A DNA stretch of 64,000 bases. It comes from Vulcanimicrobiota bacterium (GTDB lineage: Bacteria > Vulcanimicrobiota > Vulcanimicrobiia > Vulcanimicrobiales > Vulcanimicrobiaceae). The notes under the pieces are model-generated. The model did not search any database, had not been told where the DNA came from, and saw nothing but the letters and a program-made list of their open reading frames with translations. The translations under genes were made by a program, and so were the position numbers. Positions 37,646-47,000 of this stretch are shown here, one piece after another (the stretch's first letter is position 1; each line of letters begins with the position of its first letter). The stretch lies in assembly GCA_963695225.1 (NCBI GenBank), contig OY968762.1:2496001-2560000 (forward strand), written 5' to 3'.

Positions 37646-37710
37646 CTCGGGCCACACGCCCGCCTCGGTCATAGACACTCCGAGGCGGCGTGTGGCATCA
37701 TAGGTCAACC

Positions 37711-39888
37711 ATGGCGTACCCCCAGTTCGACGAGCTGTTCGCGCGGCTCAAAACATACGACCCGACGGTCAACGAAGTTTGGCTGCGGAGCGTCTACGAG
37801 CTGGCGGACGCCGCGCACCAGGGCCAGCGACGCGCGTCGGGCGAGTCCTACATCGAGCACCCGGTCGCCGTCGCCCGCATCCTCGCCGACATGGAGATGG
37901 ACCGGGCGACGATCGCCGCGGCGATCCTGCACGACGTCGTCGAGGACACGGTCGTCACGAGCGAGGAGGTCGCGGCCCGGTTCGGCCCCGAGATCGCGAC
38001 GCTCGTCGACGGCGTCACGAAGCTGACCCGCATCCCGTATCAATCCAAAGAAGACGCGCAGGTCGAGAACCTGCGCAAGATGTTCATGGCGATGGCTAAG
38101 GACATCCGCGTCATCATCATCAAGCTCGCCGACCGCCTGCACAACATGCGCACGCTCGGGAGCCTCCCGGAGAGCAAGCAGGAGACGATCGCGCGCGAGA
38201 CGCTGGAGATCTACGCGCCGATCGCGCATCGCCTCGGGATCTGGAAGATCAAGTGGGATCTCGAAGATCTCGCGCTGCGCTATCTCGATCCCGAAGCCTA
38301 TCGCGATATCGCCGAGCGCGTCGCGAAGAAGCGGAACGAGCGCGAGGAGGCCGTCACGCGCGTCGTCTCGCAACTGCGCGAGCGTTTCGCTAAGCTCGGC
38401 ATCCAAGCCGACGTCACCGGCCGGCCGAAGCACTTCTACTCGATTTACAACAAGCTCAAGAAGGGCCGCGACTTCTCGACGATCTACGATCTGACGGCCG
38501 TTCGCGTCGTGGTCGAGACCGTCAAAGATTGTTACGGCACGCTCGGCGTCGTGCATTCGCTCTGGAAGCCGCTGCCGGGGCGCTTCAAAGACTACATCGC
38601 GATGCCCAAGCCGAACATGTACCAGTCGTTGCACACGACGGTCGTCGGCCCGGGCGGCGAGCCGCTCGAGATTCAAATTCGCACGTGGGAGATGCACCGA
38701 ACGAGCGAATACGGGATCGCCGCGCACTGGCGCTACAAAGAAGGCGGCAAGTCCGACGCGTTCGAGAACAAGCTGACCTGGCTGCGTTCCCTGCTCGAAT
38801 GGCAGAACGAGATGCGCGACTCGCGCGCGTTCATGGAGAATCTGAAGCTCGACCTCTTCGAGAATCAAGTCTTCATCTTTTCGCCGAAAGGCGACGTGTA
38901 CGCGATGCCGAGCTCCGGCACGCCGCTCGATTTCGCCTATCAAGTCCATACGGACGTCGGCCATCACTGCGTCGGCGCGAAGGTCAACGGGAAGATCGTC
39001 CCGCTCGATTACCAGCTTCGCAACGGCGACATCTGCGAGATTCTGATCAACAAGAGCTCGCGCCCCTCGCTCGATTGGATCTCGCTCGTCAAGACTTCCG
39101 GCGCGAAGCACAAGATCAAACAGTGGTTCCGCAAGGAGAAGAAAGACGAGAACGTGCTGCGCGGGCAGGAAGCGCTCGAAGCGGAACTGGCCAAGCAGCG
39201 CATGCGCACGGACCTTGGCCGCGGCGAGACGATGGAGAAGGTCGCGCGGCGGATGAACTACGCGACCGCGACCGACTTGTTCGCGGCGATCGGATTCGGC
39301 GACGCGTCGGCGGTCTCGGCGGTCGTGCGCATCAAGGACGAGACGAAGGCCACGAACCTCGTCGATCTTTCGGCGGTGCAGCGCGCGGCGCCGCCGCCGG
39401 CTCGCCGCCCCGGACGGAACGCGAGCGGCATCCGCATCGCGGGGGTCGACGACGTGCTCGTCCGCCTTTCGAAGTGTTGCAGCCCCGTCCCGGGCGACCC
39501 GATCATGGGCTACGTCACGATCGGCAAGGGCGTCTCCGTCCACCGCGCCGATTGCCCGAACGTCGGGTACATGTCCGCCTCGCCCGAGCGGATCCTCCAG
39601 GCCTCGTGGGCGAACACGGACTCGCTCACGCACGCCGTCGACGTCGAACTCGAGGCGCTCGACCGCGCCGGCCTCTTACAGGACGTGATGGGCGTCTGCG
39701 CCGAGTTCAAGACCTCGGCCTCCTCCGTCACCGCGCGCGTCAAGCGCGACAAGATCGCCGTCATCAGCCTGACGCTGTTGATCACGGACCTCGACCACCT
39801 GCACAAGGTCATCGAGAAGCTGCGCACGTTGCGCGACGTTCGTTCGGTCTACCGGGTCACCAAACGTGAGGTTCGCGCCAGCGGCTGA
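37711..39888 (+). CDS. relA: Bifunctional (p)ppGpp synthetase/hydrolase Rel
   Basis: HDVVEDT hydrolase, RFKDY, YQSLHT, EIQIRT, TGS, CC and ACT domains. Confidence 0.96.
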   Translation: MAYPQFDELFARLKTYDPTVNEVWLRSVYELADAAHQGQRRASGESYIEHPVAVARILADMEMDRATIAAAILHDVVEDTVVTSEEVAARFGPEIATLVDGVTKLTRIPYQSKEDAQVENLRKMFMAMAKDIRVIIIKLADRLHNMRTLGSLPESKQETIARETLEIYAPIAHRLGIWKIKWDLEDLALRYLDPEAYRDIAERVAKKRNEREEAVTRVVSQLRERFAKLGIQADVTGRPKHFYSIYNKLKKGRDFSTIYDLTAVRVVVETVKDCYGTLGVVHSLWKPLPGRFKDYIAMPKPNMYQSLHTTVVGPGGEPLEIQIRTWEMHRTSEYGIAAHWRYKEGGKSDAFENKLTWLRSLLEWQNEMRDSRAFMENLKLDLFENQVFIFSPKGDVYAMPSSGTPLDFAYQVHTDVGHHCVGAKVNGKIVPLDYQLRNGDICEILINKSSRPSLDWISLVKTSGAKHKIKQWFRKEKKDENVLRGQEALEAELAKQRMRTDLGRGETMEKVARRMNYATATDLFAAIGFGDASAVSAVVRIKDETKATNLVDLSAVQRAAPPPARRPGRNASGIRIAGVDDVLVRLSKCCSPVPGDPIMGYVTIGKGVSVHRADCPNVGYMSASPERILQASWANTDSLTHAVDVELEALDRAGLLQDVMGVCAEFKTSASSVTARVKRDKIAVISLTLLITDLDHLHKVIEKLRTLRDVRSVYRVTKREVRASG

Positions 39889-42800
39889 TCCCCCGGCGGG
39901 ACGGGTCCGATGCGCGGCGGCTTCGGGTTGAAGCGCGAGGCGATGTTGCGCTGCACCCAGAGGTAGAGCGTCGGGACGACGACGAGCGAAAGCAGCGTCG
40001 AGGTCGCGAGGCCGCCGATCACGACCGTTCCGAGCGGCGCTTGCGTGCTGCTGCCGGCCTCGATGCCGAGCGCGAGGGGGAGCATCCCCGCGATCGTCGC
40101 GATCGTCGTCATCAGGATCGGGCGCAGACGCATCGGGCCGGCTCGCAGCAGCGCTTCGCGCGCGTCGAGGCCCTCGGTGTGGCGCAGCTGTTCCGTGAAC
40201 TCCACGACGAGGATCGCGTTCTTGACGGCGATCCCGACGAGCAACAAGCAGCCGATGAACGCCGTCAGGCCGAACGAGCGATGCGTGAGCAGGAGCGAGG
40301 CGACGATGCCGCCCAGCGCGAGCGGTACCGCCGTCATGATGACGAGCGGATCGAGATACGATTCGAACTGCGAGGCGAGCAGCATGTAGATCAACACGAT
40401 CGCGAGAGCGACGACGAGCGCGAGTGAGGAAAACGTGTCGTTGTTTTGCGCGATTGCCGGGCCGTAGGCCCAGCGGTAGCCCGCCGGCAGCGAATACCTC
40501 TCCATGATCGCCTGGGCGTCCTTGAGCACGTCGCCGAGCGGACGCCCGACGACCGTCGCGTTGATGTCGATCCGGCGCTGTTTGTTCTGGCGGCTGATCT
40601 GCGAGGGGCCGTTCCCGATCGTGATGTCGGCGATGTTCGAAAGCGGAATGCTCGCGAGATCCGCCGCCCCGCTCGTGGTCGGCGGCGTGAGCAAGAGGCC
40701 CCCGATCGAGGCGAACGAGCGGCGCTCCGCCGGCGGGAGTTCGACGTTGATCGGATACTGGATGCCGTTGACCTGAAAGTAGGAGGCGATCGTCCCCGTC
40801 GTCGCCGTCGAGACCACGTTCGCGACGTCGCCCGTCGAGAGGCCGTACTGCGCGACGCGCCGCCGGTCGAACTTGATATCGACCTCCGGCTGGCGCGCCG
40901 TGACGTTCGTGTCCGGGCGGATGACGCCCGGGATCTCGGCAAGCTGCGGGATGACGCCTTGGGCGAGATCGTAGAGTTTGTTCACGTCGGGGCCGAACAG
41001 CTGGATCTGTAGCGCGTCTGCGCCTTGCGCGATCGTCTGCTGGAGGATGTCGATCGTGCGGCCGCGCACTTCCGAGCCCGTCAGCGCCTTGCGAAGCTCG
41101 CGGCGCTCGGCGCGCACGCTTTCCGGGAGGCTCGCGACGGACGGCGGCGGCGTGGCCGACGGGCTCCGCGGCCGGCCGCCGAGGCGCCGTTGCCATTCGT
41201 TGACGAAGTCGGCGGCTTTGCTGCCGCTGATCCCCTCGTGCAGCGTGATGGAGAGCGAGGATTGGTTCGTGATCGCCCGCGAACTGCCGCCGCCGAAGCC
41301 CGTCCCCGCGATGGCGCCGACGGTTTCGACGCGCCCGTCCTCGCGGAACGCCTTCTCGACGAGTTCCGAGACGCGGTTCGTCTCGGCGAGGCCCGTCCCG
41401 AGGGGGAGCCGGATATCGAAGCGCGCGAAGCGGGAATCGGCGGCGGGGAAGACCTCCGTGGCGACGATGCCCGTGCGCAACGCCAGCACCGCGAGAAGAA
41501 AGAACGCGAAGCCGGCGCCCATGATGATGCCGGGGCGGTCGATCGACCACGCCAGCAGGCGCCGGTATGCGTGTTCGAAGCGCTCGTATTGCCGGTCGAA
41601 CGCGGAGGCGAAGCGCGCGTACGGGCCCTTCGGCGCCCCGTTCCCCGCCGTGGCGTGCGCGTCGCCGGCGCGCAGCATGATGCTGGAGAGCATGGGGACG
41701 GTCGTCACCGCGACCAGCAACGAAATGGCGACGCCCGTCATGACGATGATCGCCAGCGGACCGAAGATCAGGCCTTGCAGCCCCGGGATCAACAGCAGGG
41801 GGACGAAGACGGTCACGACGGTGACCGTCGAGGCCAGCACGGCGCTGAAGATCTGCGCTGTCGCGTTGCGCGCGGCTTCGAGCGGCGATTCGCCTTGCGA
41901 GAGATGGCGGAAGATGTTCTCGATCACCACGACCGCGTCGTCGACGATCAGGCCGACCGCGAGTGCCAGCCCGCCGAGCGTCATCGTGTTCAACGATTCG
42001 TGGAAGAGGTAGGCGGCGAACAGCGTTCCGAGCACCGAGATCGGAAGCGAGATCGCAACGATCAGCGTGGAACGCCACGAATGGAGGAACAGCAGGATGA
42101 TCAGGACGGCCAGCACCGCGCCGTAGATTGCGGTATGCTCGAGTGCGTCGATCGCTTCCACGATGAAGCCGCGCTGGTCGAGCGCGATGCCGAACCTCAT
42201 GCTCGGATAGCGCTTCTTGAGATCGTCGAACTTCGCATAGATGCCCTGTGCGACCGCGACGACGTTCGCGTCCGGCTGAGCGTTCACGACGAGGCCGATG
42301 GCCGGCACGCCGTCCAGGCGGGAGAATTGGCGTTGCTCCTGGATGTCGTCGCGGACCCGCGCGACGTCATGGAGGTAGACCGGCGCCCCGTTACGGATCG
42401 CGATGACCGTCTGGCCGATCTCCTCCGCGGAAGCGTAGAGCGCGTTCGCGCGAATCGTGTACTCGTTCTTCCCGATGCCGATGATGCCGGCGGGTACGTC
42501 GACGTTCTCCTTCGCGAGCTTCGCGACGATCGCGTCGGTTCCGAGGCCGTCGGCGGCGAGGGCCGCCTGATTCGGCTCGACGGTGATCGCGCGCTGCTGG
42601 CCTCCGAACGTGTTGACCGAACCGACGCCGGGCACTGCCGAAATCTCGTCGTTGAGCTGATTCGTGAAGAGATCCGAGAGGTCGCGCAGCGAGCGCGAGG
42701 GGTCCGTCACGTAGCCGCGCACGACCGGTAGCGCGTTCGGGTCCGCCTTGAGAATCTGCGGTTGCTGTAGGTTCGGGTCGTTTGGGAGCTGGTTGCTGAT

Positions 42801-43142
42801 CCGGGCGACCTGCTGCTGGATGTCGACGGCCGCCACGTTGATGTCGGTCCCGAACTTGAAGGTGGCGCGGATGACCGACTGGCCCTGATAGGAATCCGAC
42901 TGCAGGTAGTCGATCCCCGAGACGCGGCTGACCGCATTCTCGTAGGGCCGGGTGATCGTCGATTCCATCGTCTCCGGGGAGACGTTCCCGTAGTTCACGG
43001 TCACGGAGACGACGGGCGGCTGGAAATTCGGCAGCAACGCCACGGCGAGCCGCGGGATCGCGAAAACGCCGAGAACGATGATGGCGGCCGCGAGCATCGC
43101 GACCGTCACGCGCCTCGTGACGGCGAAATCAGCGATCGACAT
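39849..43142 (-). CDS. RND efflux permease (AcrB/AcrD/AcrF family)
   Basis: 1097 aa; VDDAVVVIEN, KNAILVVE, RLRPILMTT. Confidence 0.93.
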   Translation of the reverse strand: MSIADFAVTRRVTVAMLAAAIIVLGVFAIPRLAVALLPNFQPPVVSVTVNYGNVSPETMESTITRPYENAVSRVSGIDYLQSDSYQGQSVIRATFKFGTDINVAAVDIQQQVARISNQLPNDPNLQQPQILKADPNALPVVRGYVTDPSRSLRDLSDLFTNQLNDEISAVPGVGSVNTFGGQQRAITVEPNQAALAADGLGTDAIVAKLAKENVDVPAGIIGIGKNEYTIRANALYASAEEIGQTVIAIRNGAPVYLHDVARVRDDIQEQRQFSRLDGVPAIGLVVNAQPDANVVAVAQGIYAKFDDLKKRYPSMRFGIALDQRGFIVEAIDALEHTAIYGAVLAVLIILLFLHSWRSTLIVAISLPISVLGTLFAAYLFHESLNTMTLGGLALAVGLIVDDAVVVIENIFRHLSQGESPLEAARNATAQIFSAVLASTVTVVTVFVPLLLIPGLQGLIFGPLAIIVMTGVAISLLVAVTTVPMLSSIMLRAGDAHATAGNGAPKGPYARFASAFDRQYERFEHAYRRLLAWSIDRPGIIMGAGFAFFLLAVLALRTGIVATEVFPAADSRFARFDIRLPLGTGLAETNRVSELVEKAFREDGRVETVGAIAGTGFGGGSSRAITNQSSLSITLHEGISGSKAADFVNEWQRRLGGRPRSPSATPPPSVASLPESVRAERRELRKALTGSEVRGRTIDILQQTIAQGADALQIQLFGPDVNKLYDLAQGVIPQLAEIPGVIRPDTNVTARQPEVDIKFDRRRVAQYGLSTGDVANVVSTATTGTIASYFQVNGIQYPINVELPPAERRSFASIGGLLLTPPTTSGAADLASIPLSNIADITIGNGPSQISRQNKQRRIDINATVVGRPLGDVLKDAQAIMERYSLPAGYRWAYGPAIAQNNDTFSSLALVVALAIVLIYMLLASQFESYLDPLVIMTAVPLALGGIVASLLLTHRSFGLTAFIGCLLLVGIAVKNAILVVEFTEQLRHTEGLDAREALLRAGPMRLRPILMTTIATIAGMLPLALGIEAGSSTQAPLGTVVIGGLATSTLLSLVVVPTLYLWVQRNIASRFNPKPPRIGPVPPGDQPLARTSRLVTR

Positions 43143-43269
43143 GGACTAGGGTTTGTTCCCCTCGTGGCGGCAGGTTCCGTCCCGCGGCCGGCTTCCGGCC
43201 GCGAGCCGGTGCGAGAGTGCCAAACAGTCGGCACAGCCCCGGGTCATGCTAAGGTTACGCCTCGGAGGC

Positions 43270-43308
43270 GGGAAGAAGCTGGGAAGCGGCCGGGCAGGGA
43301 CCGGGAAG
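43270..43308. promoter_or_regulatory. Four phased GGG(A/C)AG direct repeats at 11 bp spacing upstream of the RND gene
   Basis: Repeats start at 43270, 43281, 43292 and 43303. Confidence 0.6.
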
Positions 43309-43380
43309 CGATCCGGCCTTGTCGGCGATTTCCACGGCGTGATATGATCCAGGGGTTTTGCAGGGCGCCCCGGCGCCCGA

Positions 43381-43440
43381 ACCCACTGCCCGCAGCGCGG
43401 GCCGTTCGCTCACCGAGCGACGTCCATAGAGGGAAGAATC
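43381..43440 (+). ncRNA. rpsF (S6:S18) autoregulatory leader
   Basis: CCCAC-TGCCC..GGGCCG..GTCCA..GAGGG layout like Firmicutes rpsF leaders as I recall them; TG-n-TATGAT -10 at ~43340. Confidence 0.7.
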
Positions 43441-43441
43441 G

Positions 43442-43732
43442 ATGGCCACAGCCTACGAAGTCACGTATATCATCCGCCCGCACCTCGAGGAAACCGAGGT
43501 CGACGAGCGCGCGGCCCAGATCGCCGAGGCGCTGAAAACTTCCGGCGCCGAGGTCGGCGAGATCGAGAAGCTCGGCAAGCGGCGTCTCGCCTACGAGATC
43601 GACGATCTGCGCGAAGGCCATTACGTGGTCATGAAATTCACGAGCAACGCCGCCCAGGCGAAAGAGCTCGAGCGTCAACTCCGTCTGAACGAGTTGGTGC
43701 TGCGCGAGCTCTTGATCAAACTCGACGACTAG
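43442..43732 (+). CDS. rpsF: 30S ribosomal protein S6
   Basis: YEVTYIIRP, GKRRLAYEI, GHY. Confidence 0.97.
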   Translation: MATAYEVTYIIRPHLEETEVDERAAQIAEALKTSGAEVGEIEKLGKRRLAYEIDDLREGHYVVMKFTSNAAQAKELERQLRLNELVLRELLIKLDD

Positions 43733-43760
43733 GCCGTCGTCCACATAGGGAGGCACGCCA

Positions 43761-44195
43761 ATGGCCGGTAGCTACAATCGGATCATTCTCGTCGGGAATC
43801 TGACGCGGGATCCGGAGATCCGATACGTCAACAACGGCTCCGCCGTCACGAAGTTCTCGCTGGCGATCAACCGCCGCAGCAAGCAGGGCGACGAAACGAT
43901 GTTCATCGACGTCGTCGCCTGGGACAAGCTCGGCGAGATCTGCAACACGTACTTGAAGAAGGGGATGTCGACGCTCGTCGAGGGCGCGCTCTCCATTCGC
44001 AAGTACGAAACGAAAGAAGGCGAGAAGCGAACCGCCGTCGAGGTCGTCGCATCGAACATGCAGATGCTCGACAGCAAGAACCGCGGAGCGAACGGCGAGG
44101 GAGGCGGCGGCTACGAACGCCCGTCCGCATCTCGTCCGGCCGCTGCGGGCGGCAACTTCGACGAAGAAGAGATCGGCGAAGAGATTCCTTTCTAG
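43761..44195 (+). CDS. ssb: Single-stranded DNA-binding protein
   Basis: NRIILVGNLTRDPE; acidic EEIPF C-terminus. Confidence 0.97.
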   Translation: MAGSYNRIILVGNLTRDPEIRYVNNGSAVTKFSLAINRRSKQGDETMFIDVVAWDKLGEICNTYLKKGMSTLVEGALSIRKYETKEGEKRTAVEVVASNMQMLDSKNRGANGEGGGGYERPSASRPAAAGGNFDEEEIGEEIPF

Positions 44196-44322
44196 CCGGC
44201 GAAGAAAGCCTATCCAAATCCGGAGTTTCGTCCGGTCGTGCGGCGAGCGATCGCGTTCGCGTCACGTGTGTAGGGCCGGGGGCATTGCCACTCGGCCGAA
44301 TCCACCTACATGAAAGAGAGTC

Positions 44323-44586
44323 ATGGCAGCACCACCGACCAACAAGAAGCGGGCGGCCGCGAAAAAAGAGCGCCGCCCCAAGCGGAAAGTCTGCACCTTT
44401 TGTGCGGACAAGGCACAACCCGAGCTGAATTACAAGGATGCGAATCGTTTGCGCAAGTTCATCTCGGAGCGCGGGAAGATTCTGCCGCGTCGGATTTCAG
44501 GTAACTGCGCGAGGCACCAACGCGTGTTGACGGTCGCCGTCAAGCGCGCGCGCGTGATCGCCCTCCTCCCCTTCACGTCCGAGTAA
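44323..44586 (+). CDS. rpsR: 30S ribosomal protein S18 (Zn-binding type)
   Basis: [23 protein letters not shown]. Confidence 0.97.
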   Translation: MAAPPTNKKRAAAKKERRPKRKVCTFCADKAQPELNYKDANRLRKFISERGKILPRRISGNCARHQRVLTVAVKRARVIALLPFTSE

Positions 44587-44593
44587 GCGGCTC

Positions 44594-45040
44594 ATGAAAG
44601 TCATCCTGCTGCAAGATATCAAGACCCTCGGCAAGACCGGCGACGTCGTCGAGGTCGCCGTCGGCTACGCGCGCAATTACCTCGAACCGCGCGGGTTCGC
44701 CGTCGAAGCCTCGACCGGCGCGATGGCGCTGCTCGAACAGCAGCGCCGCGCGAAGAACCGGCGTGAGGCGGAGGCGGTCGCCGATGCCGAGGCGCTCGCG
44801 AAGATCCTCGAGAGCAAGCCCGTGAACGTCGCCGCGAAGAGCGGCGGGAACGGCAAGCTCTTCGGGACGATCACGAACGTTCAAATCGCCGACGCGATCC
44901 ACACGGACTATCAGGTGCAGATCGACCGGCATAAGATCGAAGTGCCCGAGAACATCAAGTCGCTCGGCTCGTATCCGATCAAGATCCGGCTCGGCAAGAA
45001 CATCGTCGCGAAGACAACGGTCAAAGTCGTCGCGGGATAG
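44594..45040 (+). CDS. rplI: 50S ribosomal protein L9
   Basis: MKVILLQDI..LG..GD.VEV..GYARNYL.P, GKLFG. Confidence 0.97.
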   Translation: MKVILLQDIKTLGKTGDVVEVAVGYARNYLEPRGFAVEASTGAMALLEQQRRAKNRREAEAVADAEALAKILESKPVNVAAKSGGNGKLFGTITNVQIADAIHTDYQVQIDRHKIEVPENIKSLGSYPIKIRLGKNIVAKTTVKVVAG

Positions 45041-45047
45041 CGCCGGC

Positions 45048-47000
45048 ATGGCGGCGGGAGCTGAGCAGGCCCACATCGCTCGATTCCGGCGCAAGTACGG
45101 CGGAGACGACGGGGTGCGGCGCCACGTCGCCGCCCTCTACGACCTGCTCGCGGCGACGATCGGCTCCGAAAAGCTCGTGCTGCGCGCCGGCAAGTTGGAT
45201 GCGCTCAAAATGATGCGGTCGGGGCAGCTTCCCGAGCGCATCTTGGCCTTGCAACGGCTCGTCTTCGAGAACCCGACGCTCGACCGGCCGCCGGCGCCCG
45301 CGAAATATCGCGACGCCCTCGGAGAGATCGAAGACCGGCTTGCCGACGTGATCGCGCAGCGCACCGTCGAGGAGAACCTGGAGCGCAAGGTCGGCGCGAA
45401 GATGACCGAGCGCCACCAAGAGTATCTCAAGGATCTGCGGCTCGAAGCGTTGCGCGAAGAGGGCGGCCCCGAGACGCCCGCCACGCAGGCGAAGCTCGCC
45501 GATCTCGTCGCACTGAACGAGCGGGGCCTTGCCACGTCCGCGCTCGCGCTGTTGCGTCCGCGGTCGCTCGAAGAGGTCGTGGGCCAAACGGACGCGATTC
45601 GGTCGTTGCTTGCGAAGATCTCCTCGCCGTATCCTCAGCATGTGATCCTGTACGGCCCCCCAGGTGTCGGCAAGACGACGGTCGCCCGTCTCGCGCTCGA
45701 GGTCGCCAAGACGCGCGGATACACGCCGTTCGCGGCCGACGCCCCGTTCATCGAGGCGAGCGGCGCGACGCTGCGGTGGGATCCGCGCGAGACGACGAAC
45801 CCGCTGCTGGGCAGCGTCCACGATCCGATCTACCAGGGGAGCCGTCGCGAGTTCGCCGAGAGCGGAATCCCCGAACCCAAGCTCGGGCTCGTCACGAAGG
45901 CGCACGGCGGCGTGCTGTTCATCGACGAGATCGGCGAGATGGACGCGCTCCTGCAGACGAAGCTGCTCAAAGTTCTCGAGGACAAGCGCTTCATGTTCGA
46001 ATCCTCGTATTTCGACGAGAGCGATCCGAGCGTCCCCGAGTACGTTCGCAGGCTGTTCCGGGAAGGGGCGCCGGCCGATTTCATTCTGATCGGCGCGACG
46101 ACGCGGGACCCGAGCGAGATCGACGCCGCGATCCGCTCGCGCTGCGCGGAAGTCTACTTCGAACCGCTCACGGAAGCGCAGATTCGCGAGATCGTCGCAG
46201 GCGCCGCAAAGCGGCTCGGTGCGAAGCCGGCGCGCCGCGTCCCCGACTTGATCGCTTCGTACACGATGGAAGGTCGTAAGGCCGTGCAGATCCTCGCGGA
46301 CGCCTACGGACACGCGCTCGACCGGACGGAGCGCTCCGGGACGAGCCGTAAGCCTCCGAGTACGACGATCTCCGAAGCCGACGTGGAGCTCGTCGCCCAG
46401 ACGAGCCGCCTCGTCCGCCACACGCCCGTCAAGGGGCGTCGCGCGCGGGAGGTCGGAAAAGCCTACGGGCTGGGCGTCGCGCAGCACATCGGCAGCCTGA
46501 TCGAGATCGAAGCGATCGCCTTTCCCGCGGCTGCGCGCCGCAAGGGCTCGGTTCGCTTCAACGAGACCGCGGGTTCGATGGCGAAGGACAGCGTCTTCAA
46601 CGCGGCCGCGGTCATTCGCGCGCGCACGGGGATCGATCCTCTCGATTACGATCTGCACATCAACGTCGTCGGGGGCGGGAACATCGACGGCCCATCCGCC
46701 GGGCTCGCGATCTTCCTCGCGCTCTACTCGGCGCTCACGAAGACGCCGCTCCCGCAAGACGTTGCCGTCACGGGCGAGATATCGATCCAAGGGAAGGTTC
46801 GAGCGGTCGGCGGCGTCGTCGAGAAGCTCTACGCCGCGCGGCAGGCCGGGATGCGCGCGATGCTGCTCCCCCGCGAGAATCGCAGCGAGGTTTCGTCCAC
46901 CGTTCTCGGGCTCGAGCTCGTCCCGCTCGCCTCCGTCGAGGACGCGCTCGACGCACTCGAGATTCCGGCCGTTCCCAAGCGGCGGAGGGCGAGCCGATGA
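45048..47000 (+). CDS. lonC: Lon-family ATP-dependent protease (LonC/LonB type)
   Basis: GPPGVGKT, LFIDEIGE, DGPSAG catalytic Ser, GGVVEK Lys. Confidence 0.88.
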   Translation: MAAGAEQAHIARFRRKYGGDDGVRRHVAALYDLLAATIGSEKLVLRAGKLDALKMMRSGQLPERILALQRLVFENPTLDRPPAPAKYRDALGEIEDRLADVIAQRTVEENLERKVGAKMTERHQEYLKDLRLEALREEGGPETPATQAKLADLVALNERGLATSALALLRPRSLEEVVGQTDAIRSLLAKISSPYPQHVILYGPPGVGKTTVARLALEVAKTRGYTPFAADAPFIEASGATLRWDPRETTNPLLGSVHDPIYQGSRREFAESGIPEPKLGLVTKAHGGVLFIDEIGEMDALLQTKLLKVLEDKRFMFESSYFDESDPSVPEYVRRLFREGAPADFILIGATTRDPSEIDAAIRSRCAEVYFEPLTEAQIREIVAGAAKRLGAKPARRVPDLIASYTMEGRKAVQILADAYGHALDRTERSGTSRKPPSTTISEADVELVAQTSRLVRHTPVKGRRAREVGKAYGLGVAQHIGSLIEIEAIAFPAAARRKGSVRFNETAGSMAKDSVFNAAAVIRARTGIDPLDYDLHINVVGGGNIDGPSAGLAIFLALYSALTKTPLPQDVAVTGEISIQGKVRAVGGVVEKLYAARQAGMRAMLLPRENRSEVSSTVLGLELVPLASVEDALDALEIPAVPKRRRASR

